Positions 63,701 to 64,000 of a DNA stretch of 64,000 bases are shown here, one piece after another. Origin of the DNA: Vitrella brassicaformis CCMP3155 (lineage: Eukaryota > Protista > Chromerida); assembly GCA_001179505.1 (NCBI GenBank), contig CDMY01000480.1, forward strand, positions 1 through 64,000, read 5' to 3'. Numbering within the stretch: position 1 is the stretch's first letter; every line of letters starts with the position of its first letter. The notes beneath the pieces were generated by a model. The model saw only the letters and a program-made list of their open reading frames with translations. It had not been told where the DNA came from and searched no databases. Position numbers and translations under genes: made by a program.

Positions 63701-64000
63701 CGAGAAGCTCCACCAAGATCTCCTTGTCAGATGCGCTCTGCATACACGCGCAAGAAGCAACAGTCATACAGCAAAAGGCGAAAAGCAGTACATGACCGTA
63801 CCTTTCGTTTCCGATCGTTTCCGTCCCCTCTGTTTGTCCACGCCTCCCGACGTACCACTGACAGACAGGGGAAAACCAGACGCAAAAAGATGGTCACACC
63901 TGTCTCCCGATCATGGATGAGGAGCCTCACTATTCTTGATCGTCCTCGAATGCAGCCGGACCACCATTCCGATGCAGCTCGGGGGGTCGAGTGACCTGTC
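60701..64000 (-). CDS. Protein with two tandem copies of an unknown ~154-aa helical domain plus three CCCH zinc fingers; 5' end uncertain or beyond the window; frame interrupted at 62937-62962
   Basis: Homologous exons 63737-63277 and 62313-61853 (both 461 nt, phase 0 to 2). The chain continues through intron 61682-61607 into TALC|KYWTLRHRCPHGDDCSFAH, KVRLCPSFMETGECSMGRRCWFAH and RLCKFHREGFCNQGSRCRFIH. Confidence 0.7.
61853..63737. repeat. Direct segmental duplication, period 1424 nt
   Basis: A 67-nt identical block at 62117-62183 and 63541-63607, with homologous flanks and a shared upstream DRKRK| exon end. Confidence 0.95.

Noticed and set aside
1-64000. CRISPR arrays, rRNA/tRNA genes, transposases, prokaryotic operons or defence systems
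   Set aside because: No regularly spaced repeat-spacer array, no recognisable rRNA or tRNA, and no RT, integrase or transposase motifs. The sequence is spliceosomal-intron-rich eukaryotic DNA.
196-64000. Many ORFs rich in VCVCV, THTHT, CLSVCLS or DGWMDG
   Set aside because: These are translations of intronic (GT)n, (CA)n, (CTGT)n and (GATG)n microsatellites, not proteins.

Overview
This is eukaryotic nuclear DNA, GC-rich and gene-dense, with many short GT-AG introns full of (GT/CA)n, (CTGT)n, (GATG)n and (GCCT)n microsatellites. The apicomplexan-type IF1, a bipartite plastid-targeting peptide and the intron style point to a chromerid alveolate, most likely Vitrella brassicaformis (inference). 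Most ORFs in the six-frame track are exon fragments or microsatellite read-throughs, so genes were rebuilt by hand from splice sites and reading-frame phase. About 22 protein-coding genes are supported. Recognisable ones are a STYXL1-like pseudophosphatase, OHCU decarboxylase, an M3 peptidase, UFD1, IF1, Nup107-like, an ERI-family exonuclease, CCDC81-like, a RING protein, LRRC45-like, V-ATPase subunit e (absent from the ORF track), an acylated EF-hand protein, an F-box/ankyrin protein, a PH/crystalloid-like protein and a triple-CCCH protein. No rRNA, tRNA, CRISPR array or transposase was recognised. There are two 300-N gaps. The most striking structure is at the right end: one minus-strand gene with two homologous 461-nt exons upstream of three CCCH zinc fingers, whose frame is broken by a 13-bp tandem duplication. 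All family assignments come from motif recall, not database searches.
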